The notes: a model not told the origin generated them from the letters alone. A stretch of 32,000 nt of DNA from Candidatus Iainarchaeum sp. (GCA_030649345.1 JAUSKK010000046.1:7824-39823); one strand, 5' to 3'. Positions 15,458 through 23,657 are shown, numbered from the stretch's first letter. Translations and numbers: made by a program.

Positions 15458-16350
15458 TTGACTTTTCTTAAAGCGATCAGACAACAAGTTTCAGCTTCTT
15501 CAATTCCAGAACAAGTTTCTTGCGGAGGATTATCAAACGGAGAAAGCTGTTGAACTGTATCACGTAAGTTAGTTTTCGAATCACATACAGCCCATAAACG
15601 CACATTTTTTGAACTCGAACTAGAATACAAAATAATTCCATCTTGCAAAGAAAAACCTTGACTATCTTGCGAAAAGTCCCCTAAGCTTAAAACAATTTGA
15701 TTTGAAAGAAGTCCAGTTTGAGAAGCTGTGGCAATCGCCCGAGTATTCATACTATCATTTGATTTGAAAACAACCCGAGAACTGGTTTTTGGAGTATATA
15801 GATTGTTGACTGAATTTTGAATTAAACTACTAGCATTTGAAATTGGCTGTGTTTGAGAACCAACTTCAACAATAATCAAACTACTCAAAAATACAAACCC
15901 AAAAATCAAAAATACTAAAAATCCAAGACTGGCAAGTTTTAAGTCAGGTAATTTCAAATCACTTAGTTTAGATAAACCAAAACTTTGTTTGGAAAAAAAA
16001 ATTAAAATCGGCAAAGCCAGCAAAATTATCAGCCAAATTACTGCAAGCAAATCTACCCAAGAGTAAGCAGTTGTTTTTGAAAAAAGAAACGAAATAAATG
16101 GAAAGAAAAAAAAGAAGCCTAAAACTAAAAGATGTAGTGTGCTTAAAACCAAACTCAAAGCAAATGTAGCTTTTGTTCTCTTAAAAATGCCCCAAACAGC
16201 AATTAATGGAATTAACAAAAGGAATGGAATGTCTAAGAATACTTGTCCTAAAGCACCCAGTGTGAAAACATAAACCAATAAGCTAGCAAACAATGCTAAA
16301 TTTAAAATACTGAGAAATTTTATTCTCAGATATGAGTTCACAAAAGGCAT
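15454..16350 (-). CDS. polytopic membrane protein with Ser-rich C-terminal domain, function unknown
   Basis: About 6 hydrophobic helices lie in the first ~165 aa. After them comes a Ser/Gln/Asn-rich ~130-aa domain ending in CSGIEEAETCC. The stop overlaps the vapC stop in convergent orientation. No family was recognised. Confidence 0.5.
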   Translation of the reverse strand: MPFVNSYLRIKFLSILNLALFASLLVYVFTLGALGQVFLDIPFLLLIPLIAVWGIFKRTKATFALSLVLSTLHLLVLGFFFFFPFISFLFSKTTAYSWVDLLAVIWLIILLALPILIFFSKQSFGLSKLSDLKLPDLKLASLGFLVFLIFGFVFLSSLIIVEVGSQTQPISNASSLIQNSVNNLYTPKTSSRVVFKSNDSMNTRAIATASQTGLLSNQIVLSLGDFSQDSQGFSLQDGIILYSSSSSKNVRLWAVCDSKTNLRDTVQQLSPFDNPPQETCSGIEEAETCCLIALRKVN

Positions 16351-16393
16351 TTACAAAATAAAGAACAGATCTAAATATATATCACATTCAAGC

Positions 16394-16738
16394 CTAAGTT
16401 TTGAGTTTTTTAATACTTCCAGAAACCTTTACAATTTTCGGAATTACTTTAGTCAAGCCAGCTTGGGTTAAAAACAAAATAACTGTTTTTGCACGTTCCA
16501 ATTCAATGCGAGAACATTTTACAATCGCTCTTTTTTTAGCTAAATTAAAGTCCACCAAATGCAAGGCTAACTGTGCAGTAAACGAACTTCCAAATAAGCT
16601 TAAAGCACTGGCTTGCAGGGCTTGATTTAACTCATTCAATGAAAAACTTTGTTCAGAGAAAAATTCAACCAAAATATAACGTTTTTTAATCCGCATACTG
16701 GAAGGCAAAGCATGCAATTTGGTTTTAGCAATCTTCAT
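16394..16738 (-). CDS. rnp2: RNase P protein component 2 (Pop5/Rnp2)
   Basis: LPSSMRIKKRYILVEF...ALSLFG...LVDFNLAKKRAIVKCSR matches the Pop5 pattern (LP.slR.K.RYi.fe...G......lv........ai+rc.r), and the gene sits in a superoperon neighbourhood. I prefer the internal ATG at 16738. Confidence 0.7.
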   Translation of the reverse strand: MKIAKTKLHALPSSMRIKKRYILVEFFSEQSFSLNELNQALQASALSLFGSSFTAQLALHLVDFNLAKKRAIVKCSRIELERAKTVILFLTQAGLTKVIPKIVKVSGSIKKLKT

Positions 16739-16775
16739 ACTAGAATTAATAGTTTTATTGCTTAAAAGTATATCT

Positions 16776-17594
16776 ATGCAAAAAACATTACTCATTCAGT
16801 TAATCACCATATTCTTAATTACACAAATTCTTGGAATCTTTGTTTCCTTGAACTTAATCCAAACCGAACTCAAAGTAGAATTGGTGAATGAAAATGCAAA
16901 CGATGTATCCAATAGTTTGTTTTTGTTTGCGCAAATTTTAATCATGACTGGGGTCATGTTATTGGGAATTAAATTATTCAAGAAAGGATTTTTTTTACGC
17001 ATACTCGAAGGGCTTGCTATTTTGTTTTCGTCATATTTGGTTTTTTGGACAATCATTCCAGACTTGGCATTCATGTTCAGTGTTTTGCTTTTGGGATTAA
17101 AGAATTTTATGCAGGATAATTTTTTTGTGAAAAATATTGTGAGTATTTTAGCTGTAACTGGTGTTGGTTCTTTGTTGGGTGTTTCTTTAGGCATCATCCC
17201 AGTCATTGTGTTTTTGGTTTTGCTGGCAGTCTATGATTTAATTGCAGTGTTTGTCACCAAGCATATGCTTGTTTTAGCCAAACCAGTGATTGAAAAAAAT
17301 TTAGCTTTTACAGTCACTATGCCAACCAAAGAACACGCGTATCAATTGGGCACAGGCGATTTAGTGATTCCTTTAGTTTTTGCTTCCAGTTTGTTAAATG
17401 AAGGAAAATCTGCCGGATTATTGTTTCCGAATTTTTTAATTTTTCCTGTAATTATTTTATTGGCTAGTTTGATTGGATTGATTGTCACTTTAGAAATTGC
17501 TGAAAAATATCAAAAACCTTTGCCGGCTTTGCCTTTGCAGGTAGTATTGATGATTGTAGTTTGGTTTAGTTATAAAATTTTAGTTCCAATTTGA
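16776..17594 (+). CDS. presenilin/signal-peptide-peptidase-type GxGD intramembrane aspartyl protease (A22 family)
   Basis: LLAVYDLIAVF (YD motif), QLGTGDLVIP (GxGD) and KPLPALPLQ (PAL motif) occur in the correct order within a multi-TM protein. I prefer the ATG at 16776. Confidence 0.8.
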   Translation: MQKTLLIQLITIFLITQILGIFVSLNLIQTELKVELVNENANDVSNSLFLFAQILIMTGVMLLGIKLFKKGFFLRILEGLAILFSSYLVFWTIIPDLAFMFSVLLLGLKNFMQDNFFVKNIVSILAVTGVGSLLGVSLGIIPVIVFLVLLAVYDLIAVFVTKHMLVLAKPVIEKNLAFTVTMPTKEHAYQLGTGDLVIPLVFASSLLNEGKSAGLLFPNFLIFPVIILLASLIGLIVTLEIAEKYQKPLPALPLQVVLMIVVWFSYKILVPI

Positions 17595-17610
17595 AAATGT
17601 GTCTACGAGA

Positions 17611-17618
17611 TTTAAATA
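17611..17618 (+). promoter_or_regulatory. TATA-box-like element positioned for a leaderless cupin-gene transcript
   Basis: tttaaata is centred ~27 nt upstream of ATG 17642, with no SD. Confidence 0.35.
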
Positions 17619-17641
17619 CCTTGTTAGAGTAATATTAGTTT

Positions 17642-18073
17642 ATGAAAGAATTTAAACTAGAAATAACCAAACTGGACTTATTTACTCCCAATGAACCTTT
17701 TGGAAGAGTTGCTAAAGCCATCGAAGTTTTTGACAATTCAACTGAGTTGGATGTAAAACCATTTAGACTGCAAGTAATAGAACTTCCACCGAATAAATCT
17801 TTTGATCCGCATGTGCATGTGTCCGAACACATTATTTACATTATCGAGGGAAATGGGAGTGTAGCTATTTGGGGCTTTGATGATTCAAAAAAGTCTATTG
17901 AAGTATTTAAAAATTCAAAAACAGATTATGCAGTGTCTAAAGGAGATATTTTTATTATTCCAAAAGATTGTCCTCATGCATTTTCTTCTGGAACTATTGG
18001 TTTAAAAGAATTGATTATCAATGTTCCAGGCATTGCATTATCGCATGTACAGCGAATTGTTTGGACCGACTAA
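17642..18073 (+). CDS. cupin-domain protein
   Basis: DPHVHVSEHIIYIIEGNG and GDIFIIPKDCPHAF resemble cupin motifs 1 and 2. A TATA-like tttaaata at 17611-17618 is centred ~27 nt upstream of the ATG. Confidence 0.6.
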   Translation: MKEFKLEITKLDLFTPNEPFGRVAKAIEVFDNSTELDVKPFRLQVIELPPNKSFDPHVHVSEHIIYIIEGNGSVAIWGFDDSKKSIEVFKNSKTDYAVSKGDIFIIPKDCPHAFSSGTIGLKELIINVPGIALSHVQRIVWTD

Positions 18074-18097
18074 AGTGCATATTGGAAAAAAGTATTT

Positions 18098-18736
18098 TTA
18101 AATGTGGAAGAAAGCTCTTAGCCAAGTGATTCCAAAATAGCCAGCATAGGAAAGAATAATGTATCGGCCTGTTTTTCCCACCCAAACTGCTAAAAAGAAT
18201 TTTCGTACATCAAATCTCATGACACCGCACAGCAATCCAATAATATCAAAGGGAAACGGGATCAATGCAGCCAATGCAATAAAATAAGTTCCTTGGTTTT
18301 GGACACGTTCTTTAATTTCATCAAAGTTTATTGAAAATTGCTGCTTTCGGAATTCTTGCAGACTTTTAATACTAAAATAGCCAATAACATACCCTGAAAG
18401 TTCTCCGATAGCAGCACCCAAGCCAACAGTTAATCCTAAAATAAATGGACTTAAAATTCCTAAATGATAAAAATCAATTTGGCCAAACAATACAATAAAA
18501 ATATCCACTGGCACTGGCAGTAAAATAGTTGCATTGGCTATAATGGTTGCAATAAAAACACCCGGCAAACCGTAAGTCAAAATAATGGTTTCAAAGATTT
18601 TTGGGTTTTTAGAAAAATAATCTGCCAGCACAAAAATAGCCATAAGGATAGCTAAAAGAGGCGCGAAAAATTTCCAGCGAATGCTTGTCTTTTCTTCGAT
18701 TTTACTGGATTTGCTTTTATACACCCATTTGGTCAA
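18098..18736 (-). CDS. DedA/VTT (SNARE-associated) family membrane protein
   Basis: Multi-TM protein whose PFPFDIIGLLCGVMRF and GKTGRYIILSYAG blocks are typical of DedA/TVP38-type proteins. It starts with TTG at 18736, preceded by AGGTGAAAG. Confidence 0.5.
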   Translation of the reverse strand: MTKWVYKSKSSKIEEKTSIRWKFFAPLLAILMAIFVLADYFSKNPKIFETIILTYGLPGVFIATIIANATILLPVPVDIFIVLFGQIDFYHLGILSPFILGLTVGLGAAIGELSGYVIGYFSIKSLQEFRKQQFSINFDEIKERVQNQGTYFIALAALIPFPFDIIGLLCGVMRFDVRKFFLAVWVGKTGRYIILSYAGYFGITWLRAFFHI

Positions 18737-18843
18737 ACTTTCACCTATACTTTAATAAAAGGTTTATTGGAGAATTTAGTAAATTAAGACTAAACTTATT
18801 AATTAAGCAAACGGTAATTGTTTAACTCAAACAAGGTAAAAAA

Positions 18844-18900
18844 ATGGAATTAAATCTTGTGCCAAAATTTAAAACTTTAAAAAACCAGAGGTTTTCTTAA
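18844..18900 (+). promoter_or_regulatory. recurrent AT-rich leader/promoter module + SD, copy F (upstream of aIF2beta, more diverged)
   Basis: GCCAAAATTTAAAACTTTAAAAAACCAGAGGTTTTCTTAAATG. Confidence 0.4.
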
Positions 18901-19302
18901 ATGCAGTATAAAGAAATGTTATCCAGATTGTATTCTTCTTTGCCCAAGCAAACTTTAAGCAAAGAACGATTTGAAATGCCAGTCGTTGAATCCTTTACCC
19001 AAGGGCCTAGGACATTCATTAAAAATTTCGAGTCTATTTTAAAAACCATTCGGCGAGAACGCGATCAAGCATTAAAAGTTTTAACCAAAGAACTGGCAAC
19101 CGCAGCATCCATTGAAGAAGACAAAGTAGTCTTGAAAGGAAAATTTGAACAAGCCAAAATTCAAAAAGTAGTAAATTATTATATTCAAAAATATGTTTTA
19201 TGCAGTGAATGCAAAAAACCAGACACCAAGCTTTTGGAACAAAAAGGAATCAAAGTCCTAAAATGCGAAGCTTGTGGTGCAACTTCTTCTGTAAAGGAAT
19301 AA
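18901..19302 (+). CDS. eif2b: translation initiation factor aIF-2 beta subunit
   Basis: YKEMLSRLYSSLP...RFEMPVVES...RTFIKNF...YIQKYVLCSECKKPDTKL...LKCEACGA matches the eIF2-beta/eIF5 domain with its C4 zinc ribbon. Confidence 0.9.
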   Translation: MQYKEMLSRLYSSLPKQTLSKERFEMPVVESFTQGPRTFIKNFESILKTIRRERDQALKVLTKELATAASIEEDKVVLKGKFEQAKIQKVVNYYIQKYVLCSECKKPDTKLLEQKGIKVLKCEACGATSSVKE

Positions 19303-19304
19303 AC

Positions 19305-19691
19305 ATGATTCATAGTTCGAGACCTCAAAAACAGTCCGAGGATCGAGTGAAACGAAGATCCCCTAACCCAAAGGCATTGAAACCACAGATTGGTTCTGAT
19401 ATAGTTTGTAAGATTCATTCCTATGAAGGAAAAACAATTTTAGCAGCCTGCGATAAAGAATTGGTCGGCCGAAAACTGAAACGCTTTGATTACGAAATTC
19501 ATATCTCAGAACATTTTTATAAAGGAAAATCTGTTTCCCGGGAAGAACTCAAAGAATTCATGCAAGAATTTGGCAATATAAATTTGTTTGGAGAAAAAAC
19601 AGTACAATTGGCCATAGAGTTAGGATTAATAACTGAAGCAAGCATTATTTTGATTGACAGTATACCGCATGTGGTTATTATTCAATTATAA
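19305..19691 (+). CDS. DUF424-like archaeal protein
   Basis: KIHSYEGKTILAACDKELVGRKL...IHISEHFYKGKSVSREEL...NLFGEKTVQLAIELGLI...IDSIPHVVI fits the DUF424 pattern. I prefer the ATG at 19305, 2 nt after the aIF2beta stop. The 32 upstream residues in the track ORF overlap aIF2beta. Confidence 0.55.
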   Translation: MIHSSRPQKQSEDRVKRRSPNPKALKPQIGSDIVCKIHSYEGKTILAACDKELVGRKLKRFDYEIHISEHFYKGKSVSREELKEFMQEFGNINLFGEKTVQLAIELGLITEASIILIDSIPHVVIIQL

Positions 19692-19693
19692 TT

Positions 19694-19756
19694 AGGTGAA
19701 AAAAATTTGAGTTTAAATTTAAAAAATCTAAAACTTTTAAAATCCGGAGTTTTTTA
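19694..19756 (+). promoter_or_regulatory. recurrent AT-rich leader/promoter module + SD, copy C (upstream of aIF1A)
   Basis: AGGTGAAAAAAATTTGAGTTTAAATTTAAAAAATCTAAAACTTTTAAAATCCGGAGTTTTTTAATG. Confidence 0.5.
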
Positions 19757-20080
19757 ATGGCCGATGTGAAAAAACCAGCTGACGGAGAACAGCCAACCTT
19801 TCGAATTGTTTTACCTAGAAAGCACGAAAACGAAATGTTTGCTATTGTAATTAAACTAAATGGCACAGATCAAGTCAAAGCCATATTTCAAGACGGTGTT
19901 GAACGCGGCTGCAGAATTACTGGAAAACTCAAAAAGAAAGTCTGGATTCGAGAAGGCGATTTAATTATTGCAAAAATTTGGGATTTCCAACCCTCGAAAG
20001 CAGACATTGTTTGGAGATATTTAGAACCTCAAAAAAACGTATTGTACCGAAAAGGGTTGCTGACCGGTTTACCGCTTTAA
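19757..20080 (+). CDS. eif1a: translation initiation factor aIF-1A
   Basis: PRKHENEMFAIVIKLNGTDQVKAIFQDGVERGCRITGKLKKKVWIREGDLIIAKIWDFQPSKADIVWRY is a typical eIF1A S1-like OB fold. Confidence 0.9.
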   Translation: MADVKKPADGEQPTFRIVLPRKHENEMFAIVIKLNGTDQVKAIFQDGVERGCRITGKLKKKVWIREGDLIIAKIWDFQPSKADIVWRYLEPQKNVLYRKGLLTGLPL

Positions 20081-20085
20081 AATAA

Positions 20086-20661
20086 ATGAAAATTATGAAG
20101 CAAGTAAAAGTTTACATTGCAGGAAAAATTTCACCAGATTCTATTTTTAAAACAGAACATTGGCGCGAACAATTCTGTCAACAATTAGAATTACTTTCCA
20201 AAACCAAAATCGTAAATTTATATTCTGCCAAAACACAGCCTTTCGGAAACTTGAATGAAAGCAATCCCTATTTTATTGTTGGATTGGATACTCATTTGCT
20301 TAAACAAGCTGATTTAGTAATTGTAAATTTAACCGATGATATTAGTGTTGGGGCATCTCAAGAAATGTTGATTGCAAAATACTTCAAAAAGCCATTGATT
20401 GGATTAGCACCCAAAGGCGGAAGATTTGTCAAAGAACAAAAACAAATTTGGGGAAACACGTATGAAAACTGGACCCATCCCTTTGTAGCATTGTCTTGTG
20501 ATTTAATTGTGCATAACTTAGATGATTTAGCTGAAGCTGTACAAAAATTTGCACGCCGAGAAATCTTGCAAGTCAATATCAAAACATTATCCTATTTAGA
20601 TGAAGTTTCCAAAATCTATGAAGACGAATTTTTAGAATTAGAGAAAAGTATTCAGAAATAG
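20086..20661 (+). CDS. nucleoside 2-deoxyribosyltransferase-like (Rossmann-like) protein
   Basis: KVYIAGKIS at the N-terminus, LKQADLVIVNL and DISVGASQEMLIAKYFKKPLIGL resemble the NDT-like superfamily, including its conserved Glu. Family-level guess only. Confidence 0.4.
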   Translation: MKIMKQVKVYIAGKISPDSIFKTEHWREQFCQQLELLSKTKIVNLYSAKTQPFGNLNESNPYFIVGLDTHLLKQADLVIVNLTDDISVGASQEMLIAKYFKKPLIGLAPKGGRFVKEQKQIWGNTYENWTHPFVALSCDLIVHNLDDLAEAVQKFARREILQVNIKTLSYLDEVSKIYEDEFLELEKSIQK

Positions 20662-20663
20662 TT

Positions 20664-21734
20664 CTACACAATTTTTACAGTTCCTTTCGTTGCATTCAGT
20701 TCAATTTTTTGGCCATCTTTTAAAATTTGGGTTGCTTTTCCAGTTCCTACAATGCACGGAATTTTTAATTCTCGACTGACAATGGCTGCATGACACAATA
20801 TTCCGCCCGTGTCTGTAACAATTCCTGCAATTTTCTTAAACACTGGAATAAATTCAGGCGTAGTCATAGTCGTAACCAAGATATCTCCTTTTTTAATTTT
20901 TGAAAAATCTTTGGGACTTAAAACAATGCGTACAGTTCCAGTAATTTGACCAGAACAAGCTGGAAGTCCTCGAATCAAAAAATTAGATTTATGCACACTT
21001 GATTGCTGAATTGTTTTTGGAAGTTTCCAAAAAGGATTGTAGTCTAAAAAAGCAAACTTATTTTTTCCATAATAAAGAAACTCAAAATAACCTTGCGCAT
21101 ACTCGAAACTTTTTTTGGAATTATGAGAACGCAGTCTAACTTGTTCGACTACTTTTTCAGCAATTTTTTGACTTTCTATTGTAGGCGAAAGCCATCTCTG
21201 TGTTTTGAAATTATAACAGCACTCAAACAATCCACTTTGAGAATGATTAAGTCCTTGGGTTAAAAACATCAAATTTTCTTGCGTTAGCTCCATTCGAATT
21301 TCGTCTCGATTGATACTGAAAATACCGCACCATTTGGGTTCTTCGTATTCACGAATGCTTATTTCATAACACAAAGAATTTGGCTGCAATCCTTGCACAA
21401 GTGCTTTGCATTCTTTTTCAGAAATATCATGCTTACGCTGAATAAACAAGGTTTTTTGAAACTCAAGCAAAGGATTGACTTTAATGAAAAACTTTTTACT
21501 CGAAGCGTTATGAAAAAAAGACTGCACATTTTTAGAGTTTTGCAGAAAATCAATTGAATTAAAATAAGTTAATCGTTCAATCGGCAAACCAATTTCTTGA
21601 TTTAATTTTTCCAAGCGCTGATATTTTTTTAATTCATTTTGAATAAGAACATGCGCACGACTGGAACTCAAAAGAGTGTGTTCTCGAGCTATCTGAAACC
21701 ATTCGGATAAACCAAAACTTTTTGCTTTAACCAT
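20664..21734 (-). CDS. PEP-utilizing-enzyme mobile (swivel phosphohistidine) domain protein with uncharacterised ~240-aa N-terminal region
   Basis: The C-terminal GLPACSGQITGTVRIV...GDILVTTMTTPEFIPVFKKIAGIVTDTGGILCHAAIVSRELKIPCIVG is the PEP_utilizers domain with its catalytic His. No PEP/pyruvate TIM-barrel follows. I did not recognise the N-terminal half. Confidence 0.65.
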   Translation of the reverse strand: MVKAKSFGLSEWFQIAREHTLLSSSRAHVLIQNELKKYQRLEKLNQEIGLPIERLTYFNSIDFLQNSKNVQSFFHNASSKKFFIKVNPLLEFQKTLFIQRKHDISEKECKALVQGLQPNSLCYEISIREYEEPKWCGIFSINRDEIRMELTQENLMFLTQGLNHSQSGLFECCYNFKTQRWLSPTIESQKIAEKVVEQVRLRSHNSKKSFEYAQGYFEFLYYGKNKFAFLDYNPFWKLPKTIQQSSVHKSNFLIRGLPACSGQITGTVRIVLSPKDFSKIKKGDILVTTMTTPEFIPVFKKIAGIVTDTGGILCHAAIVSRELKIPCIVGTGKATQILKDGQKIELNATKGTVKIV

Positions 21735-21737
21735 AAA

Positions 21738-22157
21738 TTAAATTTTTCCTTGAAAAAATTTTTGATACAATTTAATTTCTTCCAAAAAATCAGGAACCAC
21801 AATAAATTTGGCTTCGTCAAATCCAATCCATTTATGCACAGTGTGTTCTGAACTTAATTTTACATTTTCACTCAAGGCTTTGCAGACAAACACAATCATG
21901 GTAATTTTTTGCCCATCTTGTCGAGTGAAATGATGCACTTTCAAAGGATTTAAGACTTCAATGTCTAAACCCACTTCTTCTAAAACTTCTCTTTTCAAGC
22001 CATCAAATGGATTTTCGCCCATGCTTAATCTTCCGCCTGGAATTTCCCAAACCCCTGATTTATGCACTGCAGTTTCTGGACGTTTCACCAGCAATAATTT
22101 ATTTTGGGCATTCACAACAAAGGCTTTCACAGTTACAGCAAAAGGATCTTGAGTCAT
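21738..22157 (-). CDS. NUDIX hydrolase
   Basis: The Nudix box is GVWEIPGGRLSMGENPFDGLKREVLEEVGLDI. I prefer the ATG at 22157 (MTQDPFAVTVKAFV...). The 39 upstream residues in the track are hydrophobic junk, and a TATA-like ctttttattc lies ~27 nt upstream. Confidence 0.85.
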   Translation of the reverse strand: MTQDPFAVTVKAFVVNAQNKLLLVKRPETAVHKSGVWEIPGGRLSMGENPFDGLKREVLEEVGLDIEVLNPLKVHHFTRQDGQKITMIVFVCKALSENVKLSSEHTVHKWIGFDEAKFIVVPDFLEEIKLYQKFFQGKI

Positions 22158-22250
22158 GCAATAATTGGATTGAAAAAGAATAAAAAGATTCCCGCAGGCA
22201 AAAAAAAAGGTTTCTGAAAGGTTTAAGGCAAGTATACACTTAAGTAATAT

Positions 22251-23030
22251 ATGAAAGAAGGAGCAGAAAACCAATACGCGCGAATGATTAAAGAATACAT
22301 TTCAGAAGAAAAAATTCAAAAAACATTCAATCAAGTATTTGACCATGAAACCATTCTAGGCTTGCATGAACTGGCTGAAAAAGGAATGCTTGAAAAAATT
22401 GAACATGTCATTAGCACAGGAAAAGAAGCACAAGTATTTCGCGCCATTGATGTAGCTGGAAACTTTCGAGCCATCAAAATTTACAAAACCAAAACAGCTA
22501 CTTTTCGGCAAATGGAACAATACATTCAAGGAGACATGCGGTTTGAAAAAATCAAACACGATCCACGTTCATTGATTAATGCGTGGGCTAGAAAAGAATT
22601 CAAAAACTTAGAATTAATTCAAGCGGCCGAAGTACGGTGCCCGCATCCTTTGGGTTTTCAGAAAAATATTTTAATTATGGAATTCATTGGAGACGAAAAA
22701 GGAAACCCTGCATTAAATCTAAAAGAAAACCCAATCACTGATTTAGAATTATTGTACGATACAGTAACAGAGTATGTAGCGCGCATGGTTGAACGAGCAA
22801 ATTTAGTTCATGCTGACTTATCCGAGTACAATATTTTGAATTTACATCAAGAAGCCATTATCATTGACTGCGGACAAGGAGTCTTGAAAAGCCATCCGGA
22901 AGCTAAAACATTTTATGAACGCGATGTGCAAAATTTGGCCAATTATTTTACCAAAATGGGATATCCGAAAACTCAGGAAGAAATGTTAAAAAAAATCAAA
23001 GAAAAGCGGGAAAAACAACCTAAAAGATAG
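22251..23030 (+). CDS. rio1: RIO-type serine/threonine protein kinase (Rio1-like)
   Basis: ISTGKEAQVFRA (P-loop equivalent), AIKIYK, LIMEFIGD, LVHADLSEYNIL (catalytic loop) and IIIDCGQGV (metal-binding). Confidence 0.9.
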   Translation: MKEGAENQYARMIKEYISEEKIQKTFNQVFDHETILGLHELAEKGMLEKIEHVISTGKEAQVFRAIDVAGNFRAIKIYKTKTATFRQMEQYIQGDMRFEKIKHDPRSLINAWARKEFKNLELIQAAEVRCPHPLGFQKNILIMEFIGDEKGNPALNLKENPITDLELLYDTVTEYVARMVERANLVHADLSEYNILNLHQEAIIIDCGQGVLKSHPEAKTFYERDVQNLANYFTKMGYPKTQEEMLKKIKEKREKQPKR

Positions 23031-23111
23031 GTTCCTATGATATACTCATTTATAAATATTATTAATATTCAAGTATAGTATTAGCTTAACTTTGCCTTTA
23101 GAGAACCAATC

Positions 23112-23648
23112 ATGCTAGAAGAAACCATTAAAATTCCAATTGAACGAATACCTATCTTGATTGGAAAAGAAGGAAGTACACGAAAAGAAATAGAACAAAC
23201 AGCTAAAGTTAAGCTAGATATTGACAGCAAAACAGGAACTGTTAATATTGAAGTAACCCAAGGAGATGCCGTGCAATTAGAACAAGCACTCAGCATAGTG
23301 CATGCCATTGCTCGAGGCTTTAATCCAGGCAAAGCAATGCTTTTAGCCAGCGATGAATATTACTTTGAGACCATGAATCTCAAAGACATTGTAGGCAAAA
23401 GCGAAAAAGCCAGGGAAGCCATTAAGTCTAGAGTGATTGGAAAAAATGGAAAAATGCGCGAACAAATTGAACACAACACGCATTGTTTTGTTTCAGTCTA
23501 CGGTCACACGATTTCCATTATTGGAAAATTAACTGAAATAGATTTAGCCAGAGAAGCTATTGAACGAATCATGAATGGAGCCAACTTAGTTACAGTTCAA
23601 AAATTTTTAAACAAACGAAGCAAACAAACACAAGAAATTGATTTTTAG
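23112..23648 (+). CDS. KH-domain RNA-binding protein (archaeal Dim2/Pno1-like)
   Basis: Two KH modules are present: PILIGKEGSTRKEIE and RVIGKNGKMREQIE. The gene lies next to the RIO kinase gene, a recurrent archaeal neighbourhood. Confidence 0.75.
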   Translation: MLEETIKIPIERIPILIGKEGSTRKEIEQTAKVKLDIDSKTGTVNIEVTQGDAVQLEQALSIVHAIARGFNPGKAMLLASDEYYFETMNLKDIVGKSEKAREAIKSRVIGKNGKMREQIEHNTHCFVSVYGHTISIIGKLTEIDLAREAIERIMNGANLVTVQKFLNKRSKQTQEIDF

Positions 23649-23657
23649 GAAATTTTT

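Noticed and set aside
15925-15975. Tandem DLKLP/DLKLA coding mini-repeat in the membrane protein
   Set aside because: It has only two short units. It is neither a CRISPR-like nor a satellite repeat and has no evident significance beyond the protein sequence.
16796-17206. 136-aa minus-strand ORF opposite the presenilin-like gene
   Set aside because: It overlaps a gene with YD/GxGD/PAL motifs in the correct order. Its product is Lys/Asn-rich antisense noise.
19209-19304. N-terminal extensions in the ORF track (19209-19304, 6710-6748, 22158-22274, 16739-16795, 16719-16775, 14703-14765, 28114-28125, 30757-30783, 11299-11325, 9724-9747, 13127-13144)
   Set aside because: In each case the extension overlaps a neighbouring gene or consists of hydrophobic or low-complexity residues that the family lacks. 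In each case a downstream ATG has a proper SD or a TATA box at about -27, so I moved the starts.
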